This document shows, piece by piece, positions 7,170 to 16,419 of a stretch of DNA of 64,000 nucleotides (its first letter is position 1; the number at the start of each line of letters is the position of its first letter). The stretch is from a virus: positions 21,072 to 85,071 of the IMG/VR virus record IMGVR_UViG_3300036785_000488, one strand, 5' to 3'. A program made the translations under genes and the position numbers. The notes below the pieces were generated by a model. It had not been told where the DNA came from. It saw nothing but the letters and a program-made list of their open reading frames with translations, and did no database searches.

Positions 7170-10019
7170 TCAACCTCCTGTGGCTTTGAAGTGTGCGGCG
7201 AGTTCGTTGATCGACAGCGCACGGTTGTAGATAGCGACGTGCGCCAGGTCTCCGGTCATCCACTGCGTCGTGCGCGCGCCGCGGCCCATGCGCCAGTACA
7301 AGGCTGCTTGAGCTTGACGCGCTGTTAGCTGAGTAGTGGTTCTCAGTGCACCATCTCGGTAGATGTAGAGATTCGTACCGTCAAAGATGAAGGCACCGTG
7401 GTGCCAGTTACCGTCAGCGGTGCTTGCAACATCTTGAGGAGCGTTCTGCGGCCCGCCCCAACAGATTCCGTTCAACAAGCCAGTGGTCGGCCATGAACTC
7501 AGCGATGCGTTATACGTCCCCGTTGGAGTACCGGTGGTCGAACTGTTCAACTCCACCATAACGCCGCCTGTCGAAGTCGATTGAATGCGGTACCACAACT
7601 CGATGGTGAACGGCGTGCCGTAGACGACTGTCTCTGCGACTGTCTCGACCAGTGAACCACCCGTACCGTCGAAGTGCGCCGATCCAGGACTAGCTCCCCA
7701 GGGATCAGCACCACCGAAGATGACGACGCCGTACAACTGAGCCGTCTTGCTTGCACCCGAGGAGTCAGCAGCAGTGGTCGAGTGGAGTGCTTCGTTGAGC
7801 TTCCAGTACGCAGCAGGGGCTGACTGTAGGACGGCGGCACTGTACGAAGTGTTGAGGTTCGTCACCTGCATGCCCGCCTTGACGTTCATGGCAATCGAGT
7901 TCGTCGGGACCCCTCTGCCGGTGTTGTAGTGCTGTGCGATCTCAGTCGGAGTCAGAGGGCGGTTGTAGACAGCCATGTGCGACAGACTGCCGAGAAGTGA
8001 CCCCCACTGACGGTTTGAGTACCCGAGTCGCCAGTAGCCCATAGGCATCGTGAACGGTTGCTGACCGGCGAGAGCCTGCTGCGCCCGCAGTGATCCGTTC
8101 CGATAGATCTGTCCTGTTGTCGTCGCAGCGTTGTACACGTACACCAGGTGGTACCACTGATTGTCCGAGGAGACTTCACCCGCCCCAGCGATCCCTGAAC
8201 CGGTGGAACCGAAGATGTATCCGTAGGATCCTCCCGACCACAGACCAGTCGTGGCTGAACGTACAGCGTTATTGCTCGGGTTGTTGGCAGGGCTGGCGAC
8301 GGTCGGACCTTCGGGGAGGAAGTCCATGAACCCGGTACCGATTGTGTTGCTCCTGAACCAACACTCGATGCTGAACGAGTTGGGTATCTGTTCCTGGTAG
8401 TTCCTGACGATCTGGTTCGACGCAGCGGCACCTGTCCCAGTCACAGCGTCCGTTGTGCTCCAAGGATCGGTTGCGCCAATGGTGAGCGTTGAACCGATGA
8501 CCGTTGTGCCTCCAGGCGGCTGTGTATTGAGCCGCCAGTACAGATCGGGGTTCGATGACCGCACGGCGCTGGCGTAGAGCGCAGCGGTTGGGAGTGGGGG
8601 AGCAGCGGTGTAGTGGCTGATGATCTCGGCATACGGGAGCGCCCGACCGTACGCCGCCACGAAGCACAGGTTCCCCATGAACGGGTTCGCCGCTCCCTGA
8701 CTCACTCCCCGACCGACATGCCAGCAGCCCTGGAATGGGACAGGCACCGTGGCGTTCGTTGCCGAGGCAAGTACACCGTCGACATAGAACGACCACGTCT
8801 GAATACCGTCGTACGTGGCAGCAATGTGATGCCAGCCACCGTCACCCGCTGTGGCGGGGCCGATCTGAGGGCCGAGAACGGAAGCACCGCCACCACCTGT
8901 TCCAGACGGGGGATTAACGCGGGCGAACGTGTTCACTCCTACACCCGGTCCCTGGAGAAGGATCGACGGTCCATAACTGGGATTGCTGGTTGGGAATCCG
9001 GTGGTGTCCACGTTGAACTCCATCGGTACGGATGAGATTGACCCAGTAGTCGCCGGGTTGGTCTGCATCCAGAACTCCATGGTGTATGCGCCACCACGGG
9101 GCCAGGGCTGGGTCGGATTCTGGAGAAGGTGACTGATGTTGGGGGCGGCACCTGTCCCGTTGAAGTACGCCGCACGGTGACCGCCCCACGGGTCCAGGGC
9201 AGTACCGAAGGCCACGGTGCCGAACACCTTGGCGTCAGCCGGTGCGACGTTCAGGGGCCAGAACAACTGGTTCGGGTTCGACGCTTGCACCGCCGCCTGG
9301 TAGACCGACCAACCGTCGACCATTGCCACAGACAGGCTGGACGTGGCAGCCATGTTGGGACCGTTGGACCACCAGTCGTCCGGTTCGGGATCCAGGATCG
9401 ACTCACTGACGAGATCGACCTCGGGGAACCAGTCGGCCTGGGAGGTCACCACGGTCTCACCGGTCATGATGACTGTGGCCTGCACCAGGTCGTCGGCGGT
9501 GACACTCATGTCACCCTCTCCAACGAGAGTGACGCTCGGCGTGGTGGTGATCGGGATCGTGTCGGGCGTGAGCGTCGTGGTGGCCTGCATGCCGACCTGG
9601 ACGGCCACATCAGGTGTGAGCGGCGGCGGGGGCAGGGGCGAAGGCGCGGGGGTGTACACCTCCCCGGTGAACTCAAAGATCCAAGCAGTGTCCCAGGCGT
9701 CGGCTGGCCCAGCGACGAGCGGACTCTGGCCGACCAGTGCGTAAACCGCTTGGAGGCCCTGAGACAGCACAGTATCTGCCGGGGCGTTGGGATCGAAGTT
9801 CTGCCGAGACGGCACGTTGAAGAGCACCTCGGTGCCAGGAACCAGCGGCACCATCTCGACCACCTGACGCTCACCGTCGAGCGGGCCGTCCTGGAGGAGC
9901 ATCATCACCGGAGTGCCGACCGGGCCGACATGGGCGGCGGCGAAGAGCGTCGAGCTGGCAGCGAGGTTGACCGACACGACATTGAGAGCCGAGGTCGCAG
10001 CCAACGTGACCGTGGTCAT
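7170..10019 (-). CDS. large virion appendage / lectin-like protein with three LamG (concanavalin-A-like) domains
   Basis: Three repeats of YW.LN ... [YF][TS][MI]E.W ... W[HY]H...[TVI][YF][DN] ... G.L.[HF][VM]A.Y.R.L...E[IL]..H[YF]. Confidence 0.8.
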   Translation of the reverse strand: MTTVTLAATSALNVVSVNLAASSTLFAAAHVGPVGTPVMMLLQDGPLDGERQVVEMVPLVPGTEVLFNVPSRQNFDPNAPADTVLSQGLQAVYALVGQSPLVAGPADAWDTAWIFEFTGEVYTPAPSPLPPPPLTPDVAVQVGMQATTTLTPDTIPITTTPSVTLVGEGDMSVTADDLVQATVIMTGETVVTSQADWFPEVDLVSESILDPEPDDWWSNGPNMAATSSLSVAMVDGWSVYQAAVQASNPNQLFWPLNVAPADAKVFGTVAFGTALDPWGGHRAAYFNGTGAAPNISHLLQNPTQPWPRGGAYTMEFWMQTNPATTGSISSVPMEFNVDTTGFPTSNPSYGPSILLQGPGVGVNTFARVNPPSGTGGGGASVLGPQIGPATAGDGGWHHIAATYDGIQTWSFYVDGVLASATNATVPVPFQGCWHVGRGVSQGAANPFMGNLCFVAAYGRALPYAEIISHYTAAPPLPTAALYASAVRSSNPDLYWRLNTQPPGGTTVIGSTLTIGATDPWSTTDAVTGTGAAASNQIVRNYQEQIPNSFSIECWFRSNTIGTGFMDFLPEGPTVASPANNPSNNAVRSATTGLWSGGSYGYIFGSTGSGIAGAGEVSSDNQWYHLVYVYNAATTTGQIYRNGSLRAQQALAGQQPFTMPMGYWRLGYSNRQWGSLLGSLSHMAVYNRPLTPTEIAQHYNTGRGVPTNSIAMNVKAGMQVTNLNTSYSAAVLQSAPAAYWKLNEALHSTTAADSSGASKTAQLYGVVIFGGADPWGASPGSAHFDGTGGSLVETVAETVVYGTPFTIELWYRIQSTSTGGVMVELNSSTTGTPTGTYNASLSSWPTTGLLNGICWGGPQNAPQDVASTADGNWHHGAFIFDGTNLYIYRDGALRTTTQLTARQAQAALYWRMGRGARTTQWMTGDLAHVAIYNRALSINELAAHFKATGG

Positions 10020-10167
10020 TGAACCGAGTGTACGAAGCCCTCAGTGCTCAACCGAGGACACGCGTGAAAAAAATTTCTCGGAGCTACCTACGCCGTCTGA
10101 TCATGAGCGTGCTCACCACAATCCAGACCGCCAGGCCCAGAGCAAGGATGACGATCAGGAGATGCGC

Positions 10168-10710
10168 TTACTTGACCGGCGAGACGTACTCGGGTGGGCT
10201 GAACGGCGGCAGGTTGCCCGTCAGGAACGCCACCAGCTTCTCCTTCAACTCGTCGGTCCACTCACCGTCACCACCGTCGCCGCCCAGCGGCGGCAACACG
10301 ATGGGGTGCGCCGGAACGACCGGGATGTAGATCGGGTGCTCAGGGCTGAGTCCTGAGTCGGGCGGCGGCGGCACCGGGATGTAGATCGGCGGCGTCGGGA
10401 AAGGCTCGTTGGCCCCGCCCCAGGTGCCCAGTGGCGGCAAGCCACCAGGTGCAATCGGGTGCGACGGCCCCGGCTGTGGTCCCGGCCCACCGATGTCGAC
10501 GTACTCAGGAGGCTGACCACCCCAGGTACCCAGCGGCGGCAGCGTCGGGAAGTAGATGGGCGGTGTCGGGAACGGCTCGTTTCCACCACCCCAGATACCT
10601 GGAGGGAAGACATCAGGCGGCGGGTCTACCGGCAGATAGATCGGGGGCATGGGGTGGGCGTCAGCGGGGGCGGGGACGTACGCCTCAACGACTACGAACT
10701 GCTTGGGCAT
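10168..10710 (-). CDS. Pro-rich repeat protein
   Basis: Repeats G[IT]WGG.NEPFPTPPIY and P.HPI; GAAAGGA upstream. Confidence 0.7.
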   Translation of the reverse strand: MPKQFVVVEAYVPAPADAHPMPPIYLPVDPPPDVFPPGIWGGGNEPFPTPPIYFPTLPPLGTWGGQPPEYVDIGGPGPQPGPSHPIAPGGLPPLGTWGGANEPFPTPPIYIPVPPPPDSGLSPEHPIYIPVVPAHPIVLPPLGGDGGDGEWTDELKEKLVAFLTGNLPPFSPPEYVSPVK

Positions 10711-10769
10711 GGGCTGGTCCTTTCGTTCAGGCTCAGTCTTACAGGCGTGGCTTAACGCAGCGTGACCAC

Positions 10770-12242
10770 TCAGTCCATGGTCCGACGAACCGCATCCTCG
10801 GCACGGTTGGGGTCCACTTTTCGGAGGCCCTCGGCCCGCTCGGCCCCGAAGAGCCGCGCCAGCACGCCCGCCTGGGTGCGTCCCTCGACGGTCACCTTCA
10901 AGAAGTCTCGGTTGTCCTGGATCTCCTTGACGCTCTGCGTCATCCGCATGAATCGGTCCAATTCGGACGACAGGTTGGCGTCGGGGTAGCCGCCCTGGAG
11001 CTGCTCGGAGAAGAAGCCGAAGGCGACCCGCTGGCCCTGCATCTCCAAGAGGCTGTGCAGAATCGACATCAGTTGATCACGATTCCGTATCTGAATCGGG
11101 ATCGAGTACTTGCACGACGAGCCAAGTTCAAAGAGAGGACACACTGCGGCGAGCGAGCACGAGTCGCATTGACGCAGCCCAGCTCCATTCATGACGGCGA
11201 CGTCGTTGGTGACCTCGACAGTGCCCGTCCCGTTCGGATTCTCCATGACGGTGGTGTGCGGGCGGAAATCGAACACCGGCAGAGGCCGGATGACGTCGGG
11301 CAGGTGCGACCCGTTTGAAGCGGGTTCAGGAGCTAAGTGATCAACTGCCTGTTCGGGCAGAGGCGCAGTTTCCGGGGGAGTCGGATGTCCATTTGCAGTT
11401 GATCCATTACGTCGTTTGAGCAGCTTGGCGCGTTGCGGCCCCTCCATGGACTGCTCCATTTGCCGCCAGGCCCATACCGTGTAGCGGGCGACCTCGTCGG
11501 AGTCGTCGTTGACAATTTTGTCAGCGTCGAACCCGGCGGCAGTGAAGTGGCTGCGGTGCCGACGGCGGATCTTCTCCTTGTCGTCAGCCGGATACCGGCG
11601 CAGCCGGTTCTCATCCCAGATCATGGTTTCTCCAAAGCGCGTAGGAGAAATCCACGAGGACGAGACGAGCGTCGAGTACAGCCCTCCTGGGGCGTCGTAA
11701 GGGTGCGAGAACGACAGCCCATGCAGGTTGATCTTGGTCCGACGCACGAGGGACGAGAGCACGTTCTGGGTCCGGTCCTCAACCGGCGGGACGCCGAGAT
11801 TGGGGTGCTTCTCGACCATGGTTCGGAGAAGAGGCGCGCCCCAGTCCTCGTGCCATACCGGGACGAACTTGTCGTCGGCCACACCCGCCCAGACCTCACG
11901 CTGGCGCAGCACCCAGTCCAGACCCAGGCTCCCGGCGTCGTATTCGGTGAAGAAGGCGATCCTCTCCAGGTTGTCCTGGACGAAGCCCAGGTAGGCCGAG
12001 AGGAACTCCTCGTGCTCGGTCTGGCTCCAGTTCTTGCGCTCGGTCGCAGAGCTGCCCGACATGACGAAGATCTTCTGCTCATCGGGGAAGACGTCAGCTA
12101 GTAACCAAGGTTGTTTAGTGATTCGTGGCTGGAGGTGGAGGTAGTTGACGGCGACGTGCGGCACGCCCTCGGCGGCGAGGAGCTTGCGCCAAGCCGGGGT
12201 CTCGGCCCCGGCGAAGTACAACTCAAGATGACGCAGGCTCAT
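10770..12242 (-). CDS. hypothetical protein with C-terminal Cys cluster
   Basis: 490-aa ORF; LYFAGAE start; CDSC....CP......C motif. Confidence 0.75.
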   Translation of the reverse strand: MSLRHLELYFAGAETPAWRKLLAAEGVPHVAVNYLHLQPRITKQPWLLADVFPDEQKIFVMSGSSATERKNWSQTEHEEFLSAYLGFVQDNLERIAFFTEYDAGSLGLDWVLRQREVWAGVADDKFVPVWHEDWGAPLLRTMVEKHPNLGVPPVEDRTQNVLSSLVRRTKINLHGLSFSHPYDAPGGLYSTLVSSSWISPTRFGETMIWDENRLRRYPADDKEKIRRRHRSHFTAAGFDADKIVNDDSDEVARYTVWAWRQMEQSMEGPQRAKLLKRRNGSTANGHPTPPETAPLPEQAVDHLAPEPASNGSHLPDVIRPLPVFDFRPHTTVMENPNGTGTVEVTNDVAVMNGAGLRQCDSCSLAAVCPLFELGSSCKYSIPIQIRNRDQLMSILHSLLEMQGQRVAFGFFSEQLQGGYPDANLSSELDRFMRMTQSVKEIQDNRDFLKVTVEGRTQAGVLARLFGAERAEGLRKVDPNRAEDAVRRTMD

Positions 12243-12448
12243 GGCTTCTTCAGACTCTCAGACGCCTGGATGAACGCCTTGGACAGGTAGCGACGGGCGG
12301 TCTCCTTGGCTGAGACCCGCATCTCCTCACGGGCTGCCCGCACCGCTTCTCGGAGGTCCTTTGCCACCTGGTGGGCCTCCCTGGTGGCCTGCTCTAAGGC
12401 AAGCCGCTCTGTGGTGATCGCCATCACTTCTTCTGGGTCAGGACTCAT
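12239..12448 (-). CDS. small coiled-coil protein
   Basis: Coupled ORF. Confidence 0.55.
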   Translation of the reverse strand: MSPDPEEVMAITTERLALEQATREAHQVAKDLREAVRAAREEMRVSAKETARRYLSKAFIQASESLKKP

Positions 12449-12899
12449 GGAGCGGATCCCGGTGTACGTCGGCCTTCACTGAAGGACCGTAATAGCCAAA
12501 TTCATTGAGGTCATCCCCGGCAAAGCGGACGTGGTGAGCGGGCACCTGGGCCTTGAGCGTGGGCAGATCCTGCTTCGGATCGTCGGGATGCTTGGCGTGC
12601 TCGGCGGCGTACCGGGCACTGAGCGTCACCCAGTCCCCGTGGTTAATGTGACCGACGCCCCTGGGGGCGGCTCGGTAGATGGTGGCGGTGTGGTCGGGGT
12701 TGCCGCGGGCGGCACGGATCTGGCGGATCGACTCCTGGGGGTGTGCTGTCCCGGTGAAGTGGTGGGGCTTCTCGTAGACATCGAGGCCATGCATGAAGTT
12801 GCCGGGTTCGGTCAGGTCGTGCAGTGGCGGGCCATCAGAGGTCGGGATGTGCCCGCCCTGGTAGTCCTCAAACTGCTCCCCTAGAGCTTCTCGGCTCAT
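12438..12899 (-). CDS. leader-tagged protein (MSREALGEQF), ART-like domain of polyvalent-protein type
   Basis: TIYRAAP...INHGDWVTLS..YA.EH...GDDLNEFGY. Confidence 0.65.
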   Translation of the reverse strand: MSREALGEQFEDYQGGHIPTSDGPPLHDLTEPGNFMHGLDVYEKPHHFTGTAHPQESIRQIRAARGNPDHTATIYRAAPRGVGHINHGDWVTLSARYAAEHAKHPDDPKQDLPTLKAQVPAHHVRFAGDDLNEFGYYGPSVKADVHRDPLHES

Positions 12900-13240
12900 T
12901 CGTAATCCTCAGACCGAGGGCGTCTTCCTTCAGCCACAAGCGAGAGGCGCGAAGACTTCACAGGATCATGTGTCTTATAGCTCTTCCATCCCTGCTTTTC
13001 TGTCTGTGCCAATGCCAGATCCCCCTCCACCGTTTCAAAACCAGGATCACGATGAAGTTTCAGTCCTTGCGTGTGGACTTTCCAAACATCTACACCCGTA
13101 TGGCTTTTGAGCGGCTCCGTCGACATAAAGACAGCATCCCCCACTCCTTTGCGAAGACCCTGACGTTGAATGCTCTCTCGATTCGTCGGATAAGAGATGT
13201 GGTACATGAACTGCTGTGGACTGAGTGCTTCGTGACTCAT
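12896..13240 (-). CDS. leader-tagged protein (MSHEALSPQQF), KptA/DarT-like ART fold
   Basis: YHIS...NRESIQRQGL...AVFMS...VWKV. Confidence 0.65.
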   Translation of the reverse strand: MSHEALSPQQFMYHISYPTNRESIQRQGLRKGVGDAVFMSTEPLKSHTGVDVWKVHTQGLKLHRDPGFETVEGDLALAQTEKQGWKSYKTHDPVKSSRLSLVAEGRRPRSEDYE

Positions 13241-13617
13241 GCCGGTTCCCAGTCCCCTGCTGTGGCATCGATCCGCAGCCGTTTGGGCAACCGCTCACCC
13301 AATGAACGCGCCCAGGCTTCACCCTCCCCCGTCCGGTCGGACGAATGCCGAGGAGGGCGCACACCACGGGTCTCGGCGGCGATCCCCTGGGCATGACGGT
13401 ACACAGCGGTGGCGATGCCCTGGCGTCGCACCTCTGGGGAGGTCGCGATGTTGCCGATCTCCCCGGTCTTGTGATGCCACATGATCATGCCCACGTTCGT
13501 CGCACCGCCGCCACCGTACGCCCGCACCTCATGATGAGAGCTACCCCCCATCTCCCTGGGCGTGGCCTTCTTGAAGACGTAGTGAAACTGCTCCGGGTTC
13601 AGAGCACGGTGGCTCAC
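13237..13617 (-). CDS. leader-tagged protein (MSHRALNPEQF), GNAT acetyltransferase
   Basis: Acetyl-CoA motif A: I.TSPEVRRQGIATAVY; S..RT.EG.AW. Confidence 0.75.
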   Translation of the reverse strand: MSHRALNPEQFHYVFKKATPREMGGSSHHEVRAYGGGGATNVGMIMWHHKTGEIGNIATSPEVRRQGIATAVYRHAQGIAAETRGVRPPRHSSDRTGEGEAWARSLGERLPKRLRIDATAGDWEPA

Positions 13618-13817
13618 ACCGGCTGGCGCGGTCCCCGTGCCCTGCCGTCAACGAGGTAGAAGGCCCCGATGGCGATGTCGACCAGGAAGCTCAGGAACGC
13701 CGCCATGAACCATGTGTACCACCAAGTGCTCCAAAGCTGGCCGGTGGCCGACGCACTGGCGATGATGCCCAGGACGACGAGCACGATGGCTCCTACAATG
13801 AAAAGTCGGAAATACAT
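13614..13817 (-). CDS. small membrane protein, 2 TM
   Basis: Two hydrophobic segments; AAAGGAG upstream. Confidence 0.65.
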   Translation of the reverse strand: MYFRLFIVGAIVLVVLGIIASASATGQLWSTWWYTWFMAAFLSFLVDIAIGAFYLVDGRARGPRQPV

Positions 13818-13829
13818 CCCGGCTCCTTT

Positions 13830-14378
13830 CTATTTCTGCAATCGATGTACGACCGTGCGGTGGTGGCCCTCGGCCAGCCAGCGGGTGCCGCCGTGTTCAT
13901 AGTGCTCGGGCAGATACGGGATGCCTTCTGGGTGTTCCTCTACGGGCTGGGCGTAGAGGCTGCCACCGGCAGAGCGTTCCTCTCTCACCCGTCGAGCAGC
14001 CGGATGCCCGAAGTCTTCAAAATGCTCGGGCGGTCCCTCCTCGGCGTAACGGCGCAGCGTCGGCGTGTGCAGGTGGCGCTGCGAGGTCATCACCCGCCCA
14101 CGGGGATAGCTGAAGTCACTCTCCTGCTGCTCCTGGTAGCCCTCGGTGGCGATGTGTGGGGCGTCAACACCTCGTTTGGTTTGATGAATATCGGCCCGGT
14201 GCATGACGTGCTTGGCGACGCGTCCGGTGATCACCTTGGGCACCTCTGATCCTCCGAGGGAGGGATGCAGCCCCATCTCATGCGCCACCGGACCCAGGTG
14301 CTCCTTGCCCTCATCGATCTCTGAAATGTCCTTCATGATGAGGTGGAACTGCTCGGCGTTCAGTGCTCGATGACTCAT
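13830..14378 (-). CDS. leader-tagged protein (MSHRALNAEQF), ParB/Srx-like C-terminus
   Basis: VMTSQ..L ... WLAEGHHRTV. Confidence 0.65.
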   Translation of the reverse strand: MSHRALNAEQFHLIMKDISEIDEGKEHLGPVAHEMGLHPSLGGSEVPKVITGRVAKHVMHRADIHQTKRGVDAPHIATEGYQEQQESDFSYPRGRVMTSQRHLHTPTLRRYAEEGPPEHFEDFGHPAARRVREERSAGGSLYAQPVEEHPEGIPYLPEHYEHGGTRWLAEGHHRTVVHRLQK

Positions 14379-15001
14379 CGCAGATGCGGGTACTCCTTCC
14401 GCACATGCTCGGGGATCTGCTCCCCGCGCTGGTGAGCTTCGGTGACGTAGTCCTCATGCGTCTTGAAACCAGACCGGTGAGGGACGATGGCCGAGATGTG
14501 TTCTCGTTCGTCCTCGGGCTTGTATGCCCCCTCGGCGGCGTTGACGTAGAAGATGCCCCGGCGCATTTTCTGGCCTTTGGCCTTCAACCCTGCCTGCACC
14601 GCATTGGCCCGGACATCGGACATCGGCTCCGTGGAGCTACGGCGAGGCCAATCGGCCATCTCCCCGCGAGGGATTCCTTCTCGGATATTCCAGTCTGTCC
14701 CTGGTCCGCGAGAGGGATGAATGCGGGGAGTGTTCGTCATGGGGGCGGTGATGTGACCGCCGTAGAGTTCGGCAGTCGGGGAGTCTTTGATGCGTTGCTC
14801 TCGCGTCTCAGCCACATTGTGACCAGCGATGCGCGCCGAAAGAGCATCAACGGCTGCCTCACGGGTCCCCACATGGAAGGGCTGATCCTGGTGGCCGATG
14901 ATCCCCGTCGGTGTGCCGTGGAACCATGTACCGGGCTGCGACTCAAACTCCTGGCGAGTCATCTCATGGAACTGCTGAGGGCTAAGAGCGCGATGACTCA
15001 C
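14375..15001 (-). CDS. leader-tagged protein (MSHRALSPQQF), ART-like domain
   Basis: WFHGT...FHVGT.EAA...GIFYVNAAEG. Confidence 0.65.
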   Translation of the reverse strand: MSHRALSPQQFHEMTRQEFESQPGTWFHGTPTGIIGHQDQPFHVGTREAAVDALSARIAGHNVAETREQRIKDSPTAELYGGHITAPMTNTPRIHPSRGPGTDWNIREGIPRGEMADWPRRSSTEPMSDVRANAVQAGLKAKGQKMRRGIFYVNAAEGAYKPEDEREHISAIVPHRSGFKTHEDYVTEAHQRGEQIPEHVRKEYPHLR

Positions 15002-15156
15002 TTGTACCGCTCCGGGTCAAAGAGGGTTTGCTGCTCCTCGATGGGATGAAGAGGCCCAGCCTTTCTCAGCCATGGGGCTTCTTCGTAGAGATGGTGCTCC
15101 TCACAGTAAGGACAATGCTGCCCGAACTGCTCTGAACTAAGAGCGCGATGACTCAC
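14982..15156 (-). repeat. 20-nt direct repeat encoding the shared leader start
   Basis: GTGAGTCATCGCGCTCTTAG is identical at 15001-14982 and 15156-15137; degenerate copies start the genes at 14378, 13617, 13240 and 12899. Confidence 0.85.
14998..15156 (-). CDS. 52-aa leader-tagged peptide (MSHRALSSEQF), not in ORF track
   Basis: GTG 15156 to TGA 14998: MSHRALSSEQFGQHCPYCEEHHLYEEAPWLRKAGPLHPIEEQQTLFDPERYK. Confidence 0.75.
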   Translation of the reverse strand: MSHRALSSEQFGQHCPYCEEHHLYEEAPWLRKAGPLHPIEEQQTLFDPERYK

Positions 15157-15424
15157 GGTGCTTCTTCACGTTGTGACGCTGCATGCGCTGCTCTTGATGA
15201 CGGCGTGCCTCGGCCTTGATCGGCCTCAGAGCACGGTTCCCTTCTTCCTTGGAGTAGGCCAACGGAGGGTTATCGGGGTTGAACAGACGGCCCTGTCGGA
15301 GGCCCTCGTTCTCCTTCTCCGGTTCAACCACCTGAGGGTTGGTTTCACGCATACGTTGCTCAAGCGACGACCCCGGTACCGGCGTGGTGGCGAACTGCTT
15401 GGAGAGGACCCAGTGCTGTGTCAC
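15137..15424 (-). CDS. leader-variant protein (MTQHWVLSKQF)
   Basis: GTG 15424; variant L-S-x-Q-F leader. Confidence 0.6.
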   Translation of the reverse strand: MTQHWVLSKQFATTPVPGSSLEQRMRETNPQVVEPEKENEGLRQGRLFNPDNPPLAYSKEEGNRALRPIKAEARRHQEQRMQRHNVKKHRESSRS

Positions 15425-15431
15425 TGCGCCT

Positions 15432-15641
15432 TCACGCCTCTTCTTCTTCCTCACCAGGTTCAGTACCTGAGGGCTGCCGGTGCTCGGCGGTGTAGTCGTG
15501 AGAGAAAGCGGGCCGATACACGTTCGACGTCAGGTTCTGAATGCCACGCACGCGCGCTGCCAGCCCGTCCATGTTCCCCTGACCGATGATGTTCTGCTCG
15601 GTGTAGAACTGCTTGTTCGACAATGCTTCACTGGCGCTCAT
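15432..15641 (-). CDS. leader-tagged peptide (MSASEALSNKQF)
   Basis: ATGA overlap with the upstream gene. Confidence 0.65.
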   Translation of the reverse strand: MSASEALSNKQFYTEQNIIGQGNMDGLAARVRGIQNLTSNVYRPAFSHDYTAEHRQPSGTEPGEEEEEA

Positions 15642-16159
15642 GATGTGTCTGGCTCCATTTCGTTGAGGCGCGGATCTGAGATCTTCAGCTCGCGCTGACG
15701 TGTCATCTCCGCATCGATGTCTTCCCAGGGCTTCGGCAAGCGTTTGCGGTCGGGCCGATATTCCGCCCAGCGATACGTCGGGTTGACGAAAAAAAGACAA
15801 GGGAATCCGTTGGCACTGACAGCAAGGACAGCCTCGGGATCCGAAGAGACCACCAGGTTCAGATCGTGTCCTGCAGCTCGGAGCTGACCGGCATGTGCCA
15901 CCAGGAGAGCCGGGTCCGAGTAGTCAGTCCGCTGAGTGTCCCGATGCAAGAGATCCTCGTAGAAGCCCGGACGGCCCATGCCGTTGATGCGGCACCAGAA
16001 CTCGACCGAATGCTCGTCCTTCTCGGTGGTGGAGAAGACGATCTGGTACCCGGAGCGCAGGGCCTTGGCGAGCCTGACGCCCTCGACCACCGGCTGAAAG
16101 CCGTGGACAGTGCTGTGTTCGCCCAGGACCCCCTCAACGGTGATCAGGGCGGTGCTCAT
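15638..16159 (-). CDS. HAD-fold-like protein with degenerate motif I
   Basis: ALITVEGVL where DxDGxL is expected; LVVSSDPEAV. Confidence 0.55.
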   Translation of the reverse strand: MSTALITVEGVLGEHSTVHGFQPVVEGVRLAKALRSGYQIVFSTTEKDEHSVEFWCRINGMGRPGFYEDLLHRDTQRTDYSDPALLVAHAGQLRAAGHDLNLVVSSDPEAVLAVSANGFPCLFFVNPTYRWAEYRPDRKRLPKPWEDIDAEMTRQRELKISDPRLNEMEPDTS

Positions 16160-16419
16160 CAGCTTGAGTACTGGGAAGCCCTGGCTCCCCGGTTCTGCAT
16201 GTTGTCGGGACCGTAGGGGGCGGGCTGCGTCGGCTCGTTCTCTCTCAGCTCCCATGCCTCCCTCAGGAGGGACGGCCACTGGCCGGGATCCCGACCGGCC
16301 AGGGTGCCGTCGAAAAATGACGACCAGTTGGTGGCCTTCGGCGTGCGGCCAGCCGCCTTGGTCGTCACGCGCAGCGCCGGAGCTGCGCTAGGGACCGCCG
16401 GAGGTCCTGAGCGCCTCAC
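16159..16419 (-). CDS. hypothetical protein
   Basis: Coupled at both ends. Confidence 0.5.
   Translation of the reverse strand: MRRSGPPAVPSAAPALRVTTKAAGRTPKATNWSSFFDGTLAGRDPGQWPSLLREAWELRENEPTQPAPYGPDNMQNRGARASQYSS

Noticed and set aside
12880-15156. Leader-encoding repeats as a CRISPR array or integron attC sites
   Set aside because: Spacing equals whole genes, the repeats are in-frame coding starts with synonymous changes, and they are not palindromic.
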